A DNA stretch of 63,510 bases, the filler included, from Octopus bimaculoides (taxonomy: Eukaryota): NCBI RefSeq assembly GCF_001194135.2. It is 4 parts of 4 records of this genome, joined end to end, with 100 filler letters (N's around TTAATTAATTAA, not from the genome) between each part and the next. Parts side by side here need not be neighbours in the genome. Positions count along the whole stretch, not along the records: positions 60,362 to 63,510 come from NC_068998.1; 3 more parts are not named here. One strand, written 5' to 3'. A model generated the notes under the pieces. It was given only the letters and a program-made list of their open reading frames with translations. It did not search any database and had not been told where the DNA came from. This document shows positions 62,435-63,510 of this stretch, in pieces. Numbering within the stretch: position 1 is the first letter of the stretch; every line of letters starts with the position of its first letter. Both the position numbers and the translations under genes were made by a program.

Positions 62435-63109
62435 AATCATTTCTTTTGTTTAACCAGTGAGGGGAATTTCATAAAACTCATAGATACGAATTGCGCAAAG
62501 TTTGAACGACGATGGAGAAAGGTGTGTTTGGGGTGAGGCAGACAGGTTATTTTAAAGGGAGGGGAAGGGTCACAGACGTCATATGATATAATTACTGAGA
62601 ACTCATCAAATAATTACACTGAATAAATTAAAGAGCATAATAAAAAACAACTGTATAATTAAAACATGATATTAAAAAAATGAATATATATCTTTAGAGA
62701 AACAAGATGTAACTAAGTCTGTGTACATATGTAAATATATATTAAGTATATATTTTGCGTATTTTGTTTCCGCTTTGAGCAATAAAAAGATTGAACGATC
62801 TTGGCTGACTTTCAGCTTTATTTGGAACCTTCTTCAGTAACTGTCTACACCAGCGCTTTCGAAACATTTTAGCTAACATCTCCTCTCTTTCCTTTAATAA
62901 CACTCCTTGAATAAACTTCCACCTGTCAGCGGCAAAAAAAAAAAGAAAAAAAGAACATTAGAAAAAGTCATTAAATACGCCATAAAAAGTTACTTCGGAT
63001 AGGTTGGTCGTCAGTAAAAGATTACTTATACAGAATTCATTTCCTTAATCTAATATGGAATATCGAAACACCATTTCGGCCAATGATATACTTATATGAC
63101 ACATTTACA

Positions 63110-63210
63110 TGTGTATGTATGTATGTATGTATGTATGTATGTATGTATGTATGTATATATGTATGTATGTGTTCATCTCTCTCTCTCTCCCTCACTCTCT
63201 CTCTCTCTAC

Positions 63211-63270
<60 letters not shown>
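63110..63270. repeat. Compound microsatellite (TATG)n-(CT)n-(ATCT)n
   Basis: Directly visible. Confidence 0.95.
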
Positions 63271-63271
<1 letters not shown>

Positions 63272-63291
63272 AGCTTCGCTCTTTCCTTGTA

Positions 63292-63490
63292 TATACTCTT
63301 TTTACTCCTGTACTCTTTTATTTGTTTCAATCATTCCACTGCGACCATGCTGGAGCACTGCATTTAGTCGAACAAATCGCCCCCAGAACTTATTCTTTGT
63401 AAGCTTAGTACTTATTCTATCGGTCTCTTTTGCCTAACCGCTGTGTTGCGAGGGACATAAAAACACGAGCATCTGTTGTCAAGCGATAGT
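63292..63490 (-). mobile_element. SINE family A 3' half
   Basis: TACTCTTTTATTTGTTTCAATCATT...GCGACCATGCTGGAGCAC...CTTATTCTATCGGTCTCTTTTGCC. Confidence 0.85.
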
Positions 63491-63510
63491 GGTGGTGGTG
63501 GTGGTGGTGG

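Overview
AT-rich eukaryotic DNA with about 7.1 kb (11%) of N-gaps in 17 blocks and a very high microsatellite load. The repeat content (tRNA-derived SINEs with Deu/Nin-, V- and Meta-like cores, R4/Dong, RTE, Tx1/L1, CR1/Jockey-like and Penelope relics, Tc1/mariner, Tigger-, piggyBac- and hAT-like MITEs) points to a coleoid cephalopod, most likely an Octopus draft assembly (inference). I find no supportable host protein-coding exon, rRNA, intact tRNA or CRISPR. Nearly all ORF-track entries are microsatellite or N-gap read-through, so the window is probably intergenic or inside a large intron. Family labels A-D are my own, defined from multiple copies in this window. Best leads: (1) a variant minimal type-I hammerhead-like motif at 55607-55642 (-) in what may be a ~371-bp tandem Penelope/retrozyme-like unit, with a second copy predicted inside the adjacent gap; (2) a 139-bp x4 tandem array at 29936-30495 (-) in which each unit looks like a tRNA-Arg-like Pol III cassette, three of them followed by an oligo-T terminator and all with an altered B box; (3) several fold-back elements and inverted SINE pairs that could form long dsRNA; (4) modular, nested SINEs with readable target-site duplications. 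All coordinates and alignments were read by eye and may be off by a few bases.
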